Numbered from the stretch's first letter, positions 41,502 to 52,112 are shown. The stretch is 64,000 nucleotides of DNA from Candidatus Krumholzibacteriia bacterium (GCA_016744705.1 JADGDU010000005.1:3762-67761); one strand, 5' to 3'. Numbers and translations are program-made. The notes: generated by a model from the letters alone, not told the origin.

Positions 41502-42800
41502 GTGGTTATGACTTCTGGATTGAAAATATTTCAGGTGGTGGCAGGTCTTGCCGTTTTAGCACTGTTTTTTGGGGTCTGCTTTCTTACTACGGTGCATTCA
41601 GGAGTTATCGACTGGAGTTCTCAACGTGCCGTGGTTTTGGAAAGTGATGATTGGGGTCTAGCGGGCTTTGTCCCTTCTGCAAATGTGTGGCATGGCCATA
41701 ATAGGGACGACCTGGTTCCCGGAAAATTCCCTGCGGTATATTGGGGGTCAACCCTGGAAGATTCTTTGATGGTGGCGGATTTGTGTCAGATTATGGCTTC
41801 AGCCCAAGGTGCCGATGGCTTATCTGCGGTCTTTCAGCCTAACTACGTGATGAGTTCTCTGAGTTATGAATCCAGCGAGGCCGGATGGGTTTGGCAACGT
41901 TATAATCTGCCCCATTTTCCTCCTACGTATCCACGACCGGGGATGTGGTCTGCGGTGAAACAGGGTATTGACCAGGGCTTATGGTATCCAGAATTTCATG
42001 CTACCTGGCATTATGATCCGACCATGCGGTTGCAAAAGGCGTTGGAAACAGATTTTGCACGAGGTCTTACCCAGGCCGGAGTCATGCTTTTTCCTGGCAG
42101 TGAAAAAGCAAGAGAACTGGGCTCTTGGCGCTCATTGGCCGATTTAAGTTATGAACTGCTGGAATCCCAACAAATTTTTGAACATGTTTTTCAGCGACCC
42201 GTGGGATCCGTCATTGCACCGGATTATACCTGGAATGATAAAGTGGAGGATATGTGGGAACGGCATGGCGTTAAGGTTATTCAGGGAAAGAGGGAGCAGC
42301 GGGATCCCACTCTGGGGCCTGGCAAATGGGGCCGAGGTTTGAAATATATCAAAAAGCAATGGGCCTTGGTTGGCCAAAGACAGCGCACCTATTTGGAGCG
42401 CAATTGTCGTTTGGAACCTGTTCAAGCCCCAGACCCAGATTCCATTGTGCAAACCTGTCTTCAGGACACCCGCAACGCCTGGAAGCGTAGCCAACCCGCA
42501 GTGGTGGAGACCCACCGTGTGAATTTTGTTCATGATGATCCGGCCATCGTTCAAACGGGCCAAAATTCCATGCAGAAATATTTGGATGAATTATGCAACT
42601 CACCTGATAATCTGCCTACTTTCATGGTTGATACTGAAATTGCGCAGTTGCAGAGCCGAGGCGTGAGTTGGGTTATTCGGGGTGAAAACCTCATCATGCG
42701 CAATGGTTCCCACAGTCGCCGGTTGGTGGTTGTGCAGCACCAAAATACGGAAAAATGGTTCCTTTTGGGGCCGGAATCCGTGTCCAACATTCCATGGTGA
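41502..42800 (+). CDS. Hypothetical membrane-anchored protein in the polysaccharide locus.
   Basis: The 432-aa protein has an N-terminal TM and no recognisable domain. Confidence 0.45.
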   Translation: MVMTSGLKIFQVVAGLAVLALFFGVCFLTTVHSGVIDWSSQRAVVLESDDWGLAGFVPSANVWHGHNRDDLVPGKFPAVYWGSTLEDSLMVADLCQIMASAQGADGLSAVFQPNYVMSSLSYESSEAGWVWQRYNLPHFPPTYPRPGMWSAVKQGIDQGLWYPEFHATWHYDPTMRLQKALETDFARGLTQAGVMLFPGSEKARELGSWRSLADLSYELLESQQIFEHVFQRPVGSVIAPDYTWNDKVEDMWERHGVKVIQGKREQRDPTLGPGKWGRGLKYIKKQWALVGQRQRTYLERNCRLEPVQAPDPDSIVQTCLQDTRNAWKRSQPAVVETHRVNFVHDDPAIVQTGQNSMQKYLDELCNSPDNLPTFMVDTEIAQLQSRGVSWVIRGENLIMRNGSHSRRLVVVQHQNTEKWFLLGPESVSNIPW

Positions 42801-43205
42801 TACTTTTGTGAGGGAATATTACAAAAATTTAATAAACATCATTATGGCAAAATAACATAATATTGTGATGTAGGCCAGCGTTTCTTCGAGTTAAGACGTG
42901 AATTTGAGGCATTGAACTTTTTGTATGTTTGTGGTATAGTCATCTTTCGTATCCATTAGAAATCTCTGTGGGGGCGCCAATTGGCGAAAGAGGGCTTTTC
43001 TACGTATGCTTTCCCTTGTTTGATTCACGGAATATTGGATCCGTCAGAATTCTTAAGGGTTCCTGCGTTCCGGATTCGGTCCTGGGTCTGATTTTGGGGC
43101 CATTTAGACTGTAACAAAAACCTGAAGTTCATTCATAATACAATAATATGCCAACAGTAAACCTGGATCCTTTTCGAGGTGGTTCTGTTTCCATGGAGGA
43201 ATTGC

Positions 43206-46200
43206 ATGTCCGCATTTGGAATTAGCTCACGGTTGAAGCTTCCTTTGGCTTTTTTGGTCGTTTTGTTTGTGACCAATGTCGCTGGCTTCTCTAGCGCAAG
43301 ATCTGAAACAGTGATTTACGAGGGTGGTTTTGCACCTGATCTCTGGTCATGGGAGTATACCCCTGAAGGAGCCATCTACCCTTCTTTGGAGGGGCACCGA
43401 CAACTTTTGGAGCCGGGGCTGCCTATGGTTCCCGTACAGGACCTTGTCCTTCTGATTCCAGCTGGGTTGGACGTGGCCGAGGCTTGGGTTGAGCCGCTGT
43501 CCACCAGAACCGAAAAATTTTCGGATACACCCGCCCTTTCCCCTCCTCATATCACCGATACAGGGGAGATGATCTCCACTAGAAGGATGCAGCCTAGCGA
43601 AGGTGCCTTCCCTGCGGTCTGGGGAGAATTTTCCGGGACCCATACCTGGCGGGGATACAATCTTTTAACCCTGAGTGTTTATCCCGCTCAAATTGAAAAT
43701 CAGACGATCACGTTCCTGGACCAATACGCCGTGCAGGTCGTTTATGCTGATGGCCAACGCCAACGGTTGACCCTGGAACGCGAAAGATTTGTGGATGGGG
43801 AAGTCGCTTCCAATCAGGAAGTTCTTCGTGCTGTTGTGTCCAATACTCAGGCTCTGTCTGGCTACGCCCGTATCAATGGGGCCGTTGTTACAGAAGACAA
43901 GGGACAGTTCGTGCCTACGCGCACACCCAGCCTCAGTGGCAGTGCAGTGCAGTATCTCATCGTCACCAATGAGGACATGGCCCCTGAATTTCAGCGTCTG
44001 GCTGACTACAAAACCCGCCTCGGTATGCAAACTCTGGTGGTGACAAGGGAATACATTGCGGCCAATTTCCGTAACGGAGCCGACATTCAGGAAACCATCC
44101 GCATGTTCATCCAGGATGCTTATGCCAAGTGGGGTACTGAATATGTACTTCTGGGTGGGGATACCGATATCATTCCTCCCCGTTATGTGAACAATACTTT
44201 TTATCCAGCCACCAGTTTTACGGAAATTCCAGTGGACATGTATTTTGCCTGTCTGGATGGCAACTGGAACGCCAATGGCAATGCCCTCTTTGGTGAAGCT
44301 CTGTCCTCCACTGTGGAGGCGGATGATGTAGATTTCGCCGAAGAAGTTTATCTGGGGCGGGCCACCGTAAGTAACAGCACAGCAGCTCAGGTATTTGTGG
44401 ATAAAGTGATTTCCTATGAGACGACGCCTCAAGGATCTCAATGGCCCAACCGTATTCTCTATGCGGCGGAAGTGCTCTTTCCCTCATCCTATGAAGAGGG
44501 CATGAACATCATTCTGGATGGTGCTCAGTTCTCCGACCAGATGGTCAACGATTTGGTTGAGCCATGTACGGATATGGAATATGTCCGCATGCATGAGACC
44601 GATTCCCTCTTTCCCCGGGAAGAGGGTTTGACCCGTAGCGCTTTGATCGACAGTCTGAATACTGGGCACTATGGTATTTTTAACCAGATCGGCCATGGCT
44701 TTTATTTCAATATGTCCGTGGGAAATGAAAATTTCATGAACACGGATGCTGATGCCCTTGTCAATGGCGACCACCTCTTTGTGCTGTTCTCTCTGAACTG
44801 CGCGTCCGCCGCCTTTGATTACAGTTGCCTCATGGAACGTTTTCTGCAAAACCCTAATGGGGGATCCATCCTTTCCATTGGCTCTTCCCGGGCAGCATTT
44901 CCCAACAGCTCCAACAATTACCAACAGGGCTTCTTTGAGGCTCTGTATTGCACGGATGAAAACCGCAGTGGCAAACTCGTGGCCATCAGCCGGTTGCCTT
45001 ATCTTGGTAACACCGTATACAACTACGTTGATCGTTGGACCTTTGAAAATTACACACTTCTTGGTGATCCGACCTTGCCCATCTGGACAGGTGTTCCCCA
45101 GGGCCTTGGTGTGAGCTCATCGGATATGACTCTGGGACCTAACCAACTCAATTTGGTTGTTTCTGAAGGCGGCCAGCCTGCTCGCAATGCTCAGGTTTGT
45201 CTGTCACGGGATGGAGAAGATTTTGCTACTGGGCTGACTAATTTATCCGGTGCCGTCACCTTGGATTACCTGGCCAATATTGAAGGGGCCGTGGATCTGA
45301 GGGTTTCCGGAGTCAATTTGGCACAATTCCAGTCCACCGTGAATGTATTAGACGGAACATCCTATTTGGACCTGTCTTTTGTGGCCGTTACGGACAATGG
45401 ATCCAGTGGCTCTGCGGGTAATGGCAACACCGAAATTGAATCCGGAGAAGTGGTTAATCTCTCACCGATATTGCGTGAAACTGGAGGGGCTGGCCTTTCC
45501 AACCTAACTGGTATCTTGAGCACGACCAACCCCTTGGTAGATGTGTCTTCCAATGCGGCAAATTTTGCAAATGTTAGCGGTGGAGGCCTCACCGGCCCTC
45601 TGACGCCTTTTGTTGTTTCAGTGGACCCGGATATGGTTGATGGAACCCCGGTGACTTTCCAATTGATGCTGACAGATTCTCATGATGAATCTTTTGATGT
45701 TCAATGGACCACGGTGGTGAAAGCTCCCATGTTGGAAGTGGTCAGAATGGATTGGGAAGACGATACCTTTGGTAATGGAGATGGCTTCCTGGGCAACGGT
45801 GAAAGGGTCGTGCTGACCGTTGAAGTTAAAAACTTCGGAGCAGGGCAAGCAGACAATGCTGATCTTCGCATGCGTTCTTACAATGCCAATGTCTCTCTTT
45901 TTGATACCGTGGGAACCGTGGGCAGTCTTGAACTCATGGAAACTTCCGGAGATGTGAGCACGTTTTCTCTGGCTTTAAATGATGCCAGCCGGAAATCCCA
46001 AAGCTTCATATCCATCATTGATAATTACGGACGCTCGAGCCAGCATGCCTTCGTTTTGCAGCGGCCCGAAACACCCATGAATATTGAAACCGACACCAGT
46101 CTTGGCTCCGATGTTATTGCCTTGAACTGGGACCCTCTGGAAGCCGACGAATTGTTTGGGTATAACATTTTCCGAAGCCTTAGTCCGGACGGGCCTTTTG

Positions 46201-48041
46201 AACAAGTGAATCAGGATGTTGTGTTTGGCACTTCCTATTTCCGCAATGAAGGATTGTCCCAACTCACTAAGTATTATTACCAGGTTTGCAGTGTAGGTGA
46301 ATCTCTGGTTCCCAGTTCCGTCTCTGTGGTGGTGGAACAGGCGACGGCACCAGCGGAAGCCATCGGTTTCCCCGTGACCTTTATCAATGAAACCAGTGGC
46401 AGTCTGGCTGTGGGTGACGTTGATGGTGATGGCGATTATGAAGTTGTTTTGGGTAGTGATGAGCTCTATGTGTGGCATCATGATGGCACCGAATTATTTG
46501 ACGGTGATAACGATAGCCAAACCCTGGGGCCTGTGACCAATAACAATAGTAATGTGAGTCCTGCGGGCATCGCATTGGCTCAATTGGACGGACTTCCCGG
46601 GTTGGAAATGATTTACTGTGACCGCAGTAATCCCGAGTTGGTCAACGTGCTGGATCAGGCGGGGAACCCTCTTCCTGGATGGCCTCAAACCACCAACGGT
46701 GGATCGGGCACCCAGTGGGTGTGGGCCAGTCCTGCGGTTGGCGATATTGATGGCGACGGAGATTTGGAAGTAATCATCAATTCTCTCAATGGTCGCACCT
46801 GGGCCTGGCACCATGACGGGACTGAAGTGCGTGACGGGGATAACAATCCTGACACTAATGGACTGTTCATGATCCGCCCCGGCGCCCATGGAGAATGGGG
46901 GCTCAGTTCCCCTGTGTTATACGATCTGGACGATGATGGCGCCGATGATATCATCTTTGGAACCGGGGCCGATGATACGGGTGGCAACAAACTTGTGGCT
47001 TACAAAGTGGATGGAACAGATGTTCCCGGCTTCCCTTACTTTTCCGATAGCCGTATCAACAACAGTGCTGCCGTCGGCGATCTCAACAACGATGGCATGG
47101 TGGAAATTGTCTTTTATGACAGCACCGGACATCTTTATGCCGTCCAGCAGGACGGCACCGATTATCCCGGATTCCCTGCGGATTACGGATTCGGTACCAG
47201 AAGTGGTGGCTTGCCCAGCGTGGCCTTGGGTGACATGGATGAAGATGGTGAATTGGAAATCATCTTTGCCGGAAATGTTGATGGTGACTTGAGTAAGTTG
47301 GTCATCGTGGACACCGATGTTAATGGCGGCACCAGTGGGCTATCTCTGAATGGTTGGCCCATTGATTTGCCCGGTAGCTCCGAAGGCAGTCCCGTGGTGG
47401 GCGACATTGATGGAGACGCTGTTCCCGATATCATCTTCGGTATTGGTGGAGGCTCCGAAGATGCTCCCAACAACCTTTATGCCTTTAAAGCCAATGGCCA
47501 ATCCATTGATGGTTTTCCCATCACCTTGACTGGTCCCATCATGCCCACACCCGTGATCTGTGACCTGGATGGCGATCTGGATGTGGATATCATTCTCGGT
47601 GCCTGGGATCGTGAAGTTCATGTTTGGGATATGCCATTTGCTTTCGACCAGCGCCATTGCCCATGGCCCACGTACCAGGGCAATATGCAGCGGGACGGGG
47701 TCCTGATTTCTGTAGATCTGGTGGGCGTGGATGATGTCGCTGACCTTCCTGCGGCCACCTTCAAGGTGGAGGCTCCATACCCGAATCCATTCAACCCTTC
47801 CACCAGCATTCGGCTTCATGTGCCTGTGGTGAAGGGGGCCTCTAGTCTGGAACTAAATGTGTATGACCTGCAGGGCCGAAAGGTACGCACATTGCATAAT
47901 GGTCCCATCTCTTCCGGTTGGCATACCATGATCTGGGATGGACAGGACAACTCAGGACGGAATCAATCCAGTGGCATGTATTTCATGCGGGCCCGTAGTG
48001 GAGGCAGTTCGTCCATTCACAAAATGACTCTGGTGAAATAA
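43206..48041 (+). CDS. Giant secreted gingipain-like (peptidase C25) protein with a seven-blade FG-GAP/integrin-like repeat region and a T9SS C-terminal sorting domain.
   Basis: The ATG at 43206 follows GGAGGA-5nt. The tracked ORF begins at an upstream GTG. A signal peptide is present. The C25-like His and Cys regions are …IGHGFYFN… and …LNCASAAFDY…. Seven (V/L)GD(V/I)DGDGD…E(V/I)(V/I) repeats lie in 46411..47600. The C-terminus …PYPNPFNPSTSIRLH…LNVYDLQGRKVRTL…GMYFMRA…KMTLVK is paralogous to the CTD of the 5..4480 protein. Confidence 0.8.
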   Translation: MSAFGISSRLKLPLAFLVVLFVTNVAGFSSARSETVIYEGGFAPDLWSWEYTPEGAIYPSLEGHRQLLEPGLPMVPVQDLVLLIPAGLDVAEAWVEPLSTRTEKFSDTPALSPPHITDTGEMISTRRMQPSEGAFPAVWGEFSGTHTWRGYNLLTLSVYPAQIENQTITFLDQYAVQVVYADGQRQRLTLERERFVDGEVASNQEVLRAVVSNTQALSGYARINGAVVTEDKGQFVPTRTPSLSGSAVQYLIVTNEDMAPEFQRLADYKTRLGMQTLVVTREYIAANFRNGADIQETIRMFIQDAYAKWGTEYVLLGGDTDIIPPRYVNNTFYPATSFTEIPVDMYFACLDGNWNANGNALFGEALSSTVEADDVDFAEEVYLGRATVSNSTAAQVFVDKVISYETTPQGSQWPNRILYAAEVLFPSSYEEGMNIILDGAQFSDQMVNDLVEPCTDMEYVRMHETDSLFPREEGLTRSALIDSLNTGHYGIFNQIGHGFYFNMSVGNENFMNTDADALVNGDHLFVLFSLNCASAAFDYSCLMERFLQNPNGGSILSIGSSRAAFPNSSNNYQQGFFEALYCTDENRSGKLVAISRLPYLGNTVYNYVDRWTFENYTLLGDPTLPIWTGVPQGLGVSSSDMTLGPNQLNLVVSEGGQPARNAQVCLSRDGEDFATGLTNLSGAVTLDYLANIEGAVDLRVSGVNLAQFQSTVNVLDGTSYLDLSFVAVTDNGSSGSAGNGNTEIESGEVVNLSPILRETGGAGLSNLTGILSTTNPLVDVSSNAANFANVSGGGLTGPLTPFVVSVDPDMVDGTPVTFQLMLTDSHDESFDVQWTTVVKAPMLEVVRMDWEDDTFGNGDGFLGNGERVVLTVEVKNFGAGQADNADLRMRSYNANVSLFDTVGTVGSLELMETSGDVSTFSLALNDASRKSQSFISIIDNYGRSSQHAFVLQRPETPMNIETDTSLGSDVIALNWDPLEADELFGYNIFRSLSPDGPFEQVNQDVVFGTSYFRNEGLSQLTKYYYQVCSVGESLVPSSVSVVVEQATAPAEAIGFPVTFINETSGSLAVGDVDGDGDYEVVLGSDELYVWHHDGTELFDGDNDSQTLGPVTNNNSNVSPAGIALAQLDGLPGLEMIYCDRSNPELVNVLDQAGNPLPGWPQTTNGGSGTQWVWASPAVGDIDGDGDLEVIINSLNGRTWAWHHDGTEVRDGDNNPDTNGLFMIRPGAHGEWGLSSPVLYDLDDDGADDIIFGTGADDTGGNKLVAYKVDGTDVPGFPYFSDSRINNSAAVGDLNNDGMVEIVFYDSTGHLYAVQQDGTDYPGFPADYGFGTRSGGLPSVALGDMDEDGELEIIFAGNVDGDLSKLVIVDTDVNGGTSGLSLNGWPIDLPGSSEGSPVVGDIDGDAVPDIIFGIGGGSEDAPNNLYAFKANGQSIDGFPITLTGPIMPTPVICDLDGDLDVDIILGAWDREVHVWDMPFAFDQRHCPWPTYQGNMQRDGVLISVDLVGVDDVADLPAATFKVEAPYPNPFNPSTSIRLHVPVVKGASSLELNVYDLQGRKVRTLHNGPISSGWHTMIWDGQDNSGRNQSSGMYFMRARSGGSSSIHKMTLVK

Positions 48042-48158
48042 GAGTCCGGTGAAGGGATGATTTGACGGGATTTCCCCTCCCGGCGTATATTGAGGCGTGG
48101 TCCCATTGGGCCACGCCTTTTTTCGAGATTTAAGAATCCCACCCGATGAAATGAGATC

Positions 48159-49829
48159 TTGATGCTCCCTAATAATCATCCCAGTGCGAATCTTCATCGG
48201 GGCGGACTTCTCTTTGCAGTGGCGCTGTGGATTCTGGTGGCTGGTTGTGGACAGAACAATCAGTCCCAGGACGAGGCTGTCGATCAGACATTGGGGCAGC
48301 GGGAGCCGGTTTCAGGTGGCATGGCCGTCATTGCCATAGGGGGAGATCCGGACGGACTTAATCCCTTGACCAGACGCTCAGCCGTCGGAGGTCAGGTATT
48401 AGCAGAAATTCTGGAAAGTCTGACAGAAATGGAAATCGGCTTGGTTCATGAGCCCCGCATTGCCGAGAGTTGGACTCTTGGACCGGACAGTCTTTCCATC
48501 ACATATCATCTTCGCCCCTGGGTATGGGAAGACGGACACGCCCTGACGGCCAGAGATGTGGCCGCATCATTTGACCTTTTCAAAGACCCCGAGGTGGCCA
48601 GTTTGCGACGTGGCTTTTTCCGTGATGTGGAAAGAGCGGAAGTGGTGGATGAAGCCACCATTCGGTACCATTTATCTCGTGTGTTGCCTGATCCACTGTC
48701 CCGAACTCAACATTCCATTCTGCCTTTACACATCATCTCTTCTTTGGACAAAGGACAGGTTAATAGCTGGCCTCTTAATCAAAAACCGGTTGCTTCAGGA
48801 CCCTTTCGTTTGGTTTCCTGGGAACATTCCCATGAAATCATTTTGGCCAGAAATGAAAAATACCCTCTTGGGGCACCCCTTTTGGATCGGATCTCCTTCC
48901 GGATAATGAAAGAACCTGCTACCCGTATTTTAGGACTTGAAACCGGCGAAGTAGATTTTGTGGCAGGAGTCCCATCCCATGAAGCTAAGAGGCTGCAAAA
49001 GCGGGACGACCTTCTGGTCAAGGTCACCGAAGGCCGTCGCTTTTATTATCTGATGTGGAATTGCAGAAATCCTCGTTTCGAAGATGCTGCAACTCGGCGG
49101 GCCCTGAGCCTGGCTATTGACCGCCAGCGCATGAACCAAACCCTTTTGGATGGGTATGGCAGTTTGGCAGTTGGTCCCGTCGCCCAGGTGGTTTGGAATT
49201 TCAACAAGGACCTCAAAGCTGATCCTTATGATCCCGCAGCGGCTTCAAAGATGCTGGCTGCGGCCGGGTGGGTGGATGAAGATGGTGATGGTTTTTTGGA
49301 GCGGGATGGGCTGAGTCTGGAGTTTGAAATTCTCACTCGACAGGGAGATCCCATACGCTCCGGTGGTGTGGTCATTCTGCGAGAAAATCTTCAGGCCGTG
49401 GGGGCCAAAATCCAGGTTCGTGCCCTTGAGTTGGCATCGGGCTTGGCCTTGCTCCGATCAGGAGAATTTGATTCCTATTTTGGTGCTATGAACCCCAACC
49501 TTTTCGGAGATCCATCCAGTGCCGTGCATACCAGAGCTATTGACGAATTCAACAATGGTTTTTATTCTAATGCAGTGGTTGACTCGTTGCTGGATGTCGC
49601 CCTCAGACAACAGGATCGAGATTTGGCAAGACCTGTGTGGGATCGGTTGCAGGTAATATTGCAGGACGACCCTCCTGCCGCGTATCTGTTCTGTCCTCAG
49701 AGGTTGGATGTGGTTTCCACCCGACTCCAGGATGTCAGACCGGATATCCTGTCCCCGTTCAACAATATGGTCCAGTGGTGGATTGCCCCCGAAGACCGTA
49801 GGTATCAAACGGGAAATGGGTCACCATGA
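48159..49829 (+). CDS. ABC transporter substrate-binding lipoprotein, family 5 (peptide/nickel, DppA/OppA-like).
   Basis: The signal peptide ends in a lipobox, …LVAGC-GQNN. It has about 540 aa of SBP_bac_5-like sequence. Confidence 0.7.
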   Translation: MMLPNNHPSANLHRGGLLFAVALWILVAGCGQNNQSQDEAVDQTLGQREPVSGGMAVIAIGGDPDGLNPLTRRSAVGGQVLAEILESLTEMEIGLVHEPRIAESWTLGPDSLSITYHLRPWVWEDGHALTARDVAASFDLFKDPEVASLRRGFFRDVERAEVVDEATIRYHLSRVLPDPLSRTQHSILPLHIISSLDKGQVNSWPLNQKPVASGPFRLVSWEHSHEIILARNEKYPLGAPLLDRISFRIMKEPATRILGLETGEVDFVAGVPSHEAKRLQKRDDLLVKVTEGRRFYYLMWNCRNPRFEDAATRRALSLAIDRQRMNQTLLDGYGSLAVGPVAQVVWNFNKDLKADPYDPAAASKMLAAAGWVDEDGDGFLERDGLSLEFEILTRQGDPIRSGGVVILRENLQAVGAKIQVRALELASGLALLRSGEFDSYFGAMNPNLFGDPSSAVHTRAIDEFNNGFYSNAVVDSLLDVALRQQDRDLARPVWDRLQVILQDDPPAAYLFCPQRLDVVSTRLQDVRPDILSPFNNMVQWWIAPEDRRYQTGNGSP

Positions 49830-49866
49830 ATTTGAACATAACCCGGAACGGGGTCTATTTGTGAGT

Positions 49867-51489
49867 ATGCCCCAGGAAATGAGTCGTTTTTTGAAGTCCA
49901 GAATTTCTGTGATATGTGCGTTGGTTTTTCTGCTTTTTCTTTTCATTTTTGCGGCATGTTCCAGTTCCACTGAACCTGTTGTCTTACCAGAGGACCTTAC
50001 TTTTCAATATACGCCCACCTCTGGATTGGTGACTCTTTTTCATGGTGATAGTACCGATTTCTCCGTGGCAACCAACCCTTCGGTCACCTTCGCCAAACAA
50101 TGGAATCTGAATGCCAATGTGGTGGGCACAGAGCCTGCCTATCATTTTGAAGCCGTCCATATTGGTATTGATACTCTTCGTCTTGAATCCACCTATTCCG
50201 GTGTTCACTGGAATCGTACTTGGTATGTGAACATTGTGGAAAATTCCACGACCACTCCACCCGAAGTGGCTTCAGTTTCTCTGGATCACGGCAATGAGGC
50301 AGGAGATGTGGAGGTCTCCTGGCATATGATTCCTCAGTCCACTTATCCCATTGAAGAGTACCAGGTGGCCATGAGCTATGACGGGGCGATCACATCCGCT
50401 AACTGGACCGAAGCCACTTTGCTGGGATCTTATCCTCATTTGTACAACCAGGTGGGCTACAGTGTGGTATACAGCGAGGCTGAAGATGGAATGTTACCCG
50501 GTGAAGTGGCTTGGTTTGCTGTCCGGGCTCTTGATGAGGTAGGGCAGATGTCGGCACTTTCTTCATCCTACAACCACCTCATCAGTTCGCCTTGGTTTAT
50601 TGAAGGTTATGTTTTTGATGATAATGGTGAGGCTTTGTCCAACGTCATCATCAGCTATGGTTGTCCTTCCTGTCGGGTCAATTCAGATTCTGAAGGCCGC
50701 TATGTTATTGGTCCTTTGCCCAATGTTAATACTTATGATTTGACCTCTCTGACGAGCAACTCCTCATGCGACGGGGAACCTTGTGATTCGTTTTACGATT
50801 TCATCGCTCATGATGTTACTTACGACCCCGAGGGGAATTATGACATCATGTTGCTGGGTCGCTATGGTCTTGATGACAGTTGTGAAAACTATGATTTGAA
50901 TTTTATGACTTATTTCAGAGAAATGACCCGGACGGTCTTTCCTACTTCATTGCGGCCCACCTATGAGCTTTTTAAATGGGAATCCTATCCCGTAAAAGTA
51001 TATGTTCCCCCTTTCACCAGTGTTAATGGCTTGGATTATGAATCTCTGTGCAAAGAGGTTGTGGGTTTCTGGAATGTGGCCATGGGAGAGGAGTATCTCC
51101 AGCTGGTGGACTCCCCAGAGGAAGCCATGATTGAACTCTATTTTGGTGATGAAGGCACCTTGTATGCAGGACGCACATTTCTGGCACAACCCAACGACGA
51201 GGACTTCAGACTGGGAGATGTTATACCCGAAAAAGTTCTGGTTTATGTGTGGGATCAACTGCCAAATGCCACCAATGTCCAGGAAACGACCATGCATGAG
51301 TTGGGGCACTCTTTGGGACTATTTGCCCACACCGTGTGTTCAGGTGATGGCTTTATCATGTCAGCTAATCATGCGGGGATCTTGGCCAATGGACCCGAAA
51401 ATGCCGTGCATCCCGATGAGAAACGGGCTGTGCGCGCCATTAGAAATTTGCCCCAGGGCACAGATATTTCTGCCTTCGATTGGGAATAG
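49867..51489 (+). CDS. Lipoprotein with a C-terminal HExxH zinc-metallopeptidase motif.
   Basis: I placed the start at the ATG at 49867, after the upstream SBP gene's stop; the tracked start at 49708 overlaps that gene. The lipobox is …FAAC-SSST. The metallopeptidase motif is …TMHELGHSLGLFAH…. Confidence 0.5.
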   Translation: MPQEMSRFLKSRISVICALVFLLFLFIFAACSSSTEPVVLPEDLTFQYTPTSGLVTLFHGDSTDFSVATNPSVTFAKQWNLNANVVGTEPAYHFEAVHIGIDTLRLESTYSGVHWNRTWYVNIVENSTTTPPEVASVSLDHGNEAGDVEVSWHMIPQSTYPIEEYQVAMSYDGAITSANWTEATLLGSYPHLYNQVGYSVVYSEAEDGMLPGEVAWFAVRALDEVGQMSALSSSYNHLISSPWFIEGYVFDDNGEALSNVIISYGCPSCRVNSDSEGRYVIGPLPNVNTYDLTSLTSNSSCDGEPCDSFYDFIAHDVTYDPEGNYDIMLLGRYGLDDSCENYDLNFMTYFREMTRTVFPTSLRPTYELFKWESYPVKVYVPPFTSVNGLDYESLCKEVVGFWNVAMGEEYLQLVDSPEEAMIELYFGDEGTLYAGRTFLAQPNDEDFRLGDVIPEKVLVYVWDQLPNATNVQETTMHELGHSLGLFAHTVCSGDGFIMSANHAGILANGPENAVHPDEKRAVRAIRNLPQGTDISAFDWE

Positions 51490-51584
51490 TCGATTCCAGG
51501 ATATTACCGTGTTGACAACATAATGATTTTTTTTTAGGCTTTACGAACTCGTAAATATTACCAGGCTTCCTACCGGAGGTTATT

Positions 51585-52112
51585 ATGCCCAGCTCTCAAA
51601 AAGATTTTCTTACCAATCTCACCGCCAAAGAGATGAAAAGACTGTTGGTGGCTCGCGAGCGCATCGATGTCTTGATGGCTGAAAAAGGGAAACTGACCAC
51701 CGCCCTGGATAAAATTGATGATGAATTGTCCAGGCTGATGAATGACGCCCAGGGGACGCCCGCCAAGGCTCCGGACCGTGCGGTCAAAAAGAGCAGTGGT
51801 AAGAAAAAAGTGGCGGCCAGAAAAGCTGTAAAAAAGAAGGTTGCTGCAAAAAAAGTAACAAAGAAAAAGGTTACTAAAAAAGCTAAGTCCTCCGCTGCTA
51901 AATCTGGGGGGCGGGTCAAACTTGAAGATGTTGTGGTGAGCCTTATTAAAGCCAACCGCAAACCCATGACCTATAAGGAACTGATCGGTATCATTGTGGA
52001 GAAGAAACTCTTCACATCCAAGAGCAGTAATTTCGATAATGTTTTGCGTAGAACCCTGTCCACCAGCAAACTCGTGAAACGGGTCGGGCGCGGAGTCTAT
52101 TCAGTAGCCTGA
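51585..52112 (+). CDS. Histone H1-like lysine-rich nucleoid protein with a C-terminal winged-helix (HARE-HTH-like) domain.
   Basis: The central region has AKK/VKK repeats (…KKVAARKAVKKKVAAKKVTKKKVTKKAK…). The C-terminus, …VKLEDVVVSLIKANRKPMTYKELIGIIVEKKL…, looks like a HARE-type HTH. Confidence 0.55.
   Translation: MPSSQKDFLTNLTAKEMKRLLVARERIDVLMAEKGKLTTALDKIDDELSRLMNDAQGTPAKAPDRAVKKSSGKKKVAARKAVKKKVAAKKVTKKKVTKKAKSSAAKSGGRVKLEDVVVSLIKANRKPMTYKELIGIIVEKKLFTSKSSNFDNVLRRTLSTSKLVKRVGRGVYSVA

Noticed and set aside
42929-43114. A 61-aa ORF within the long leader upstream of the second giant T9SS gene.
   Set aside because: It has no RBS and an odd composition. The region is treated instead as a non-coding leader or regulatory region.
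49708-49866. Tracked start of the HExxH lipoprotein ORF at 49708, overlapping the SBP gene by 120 nt.
   Set aside because: An in-frame ATG at 49867 lies just after the SBP stop and immediately precedes the lipoprotein signal peptide. The 5' extension is an ORF-finder artefact.
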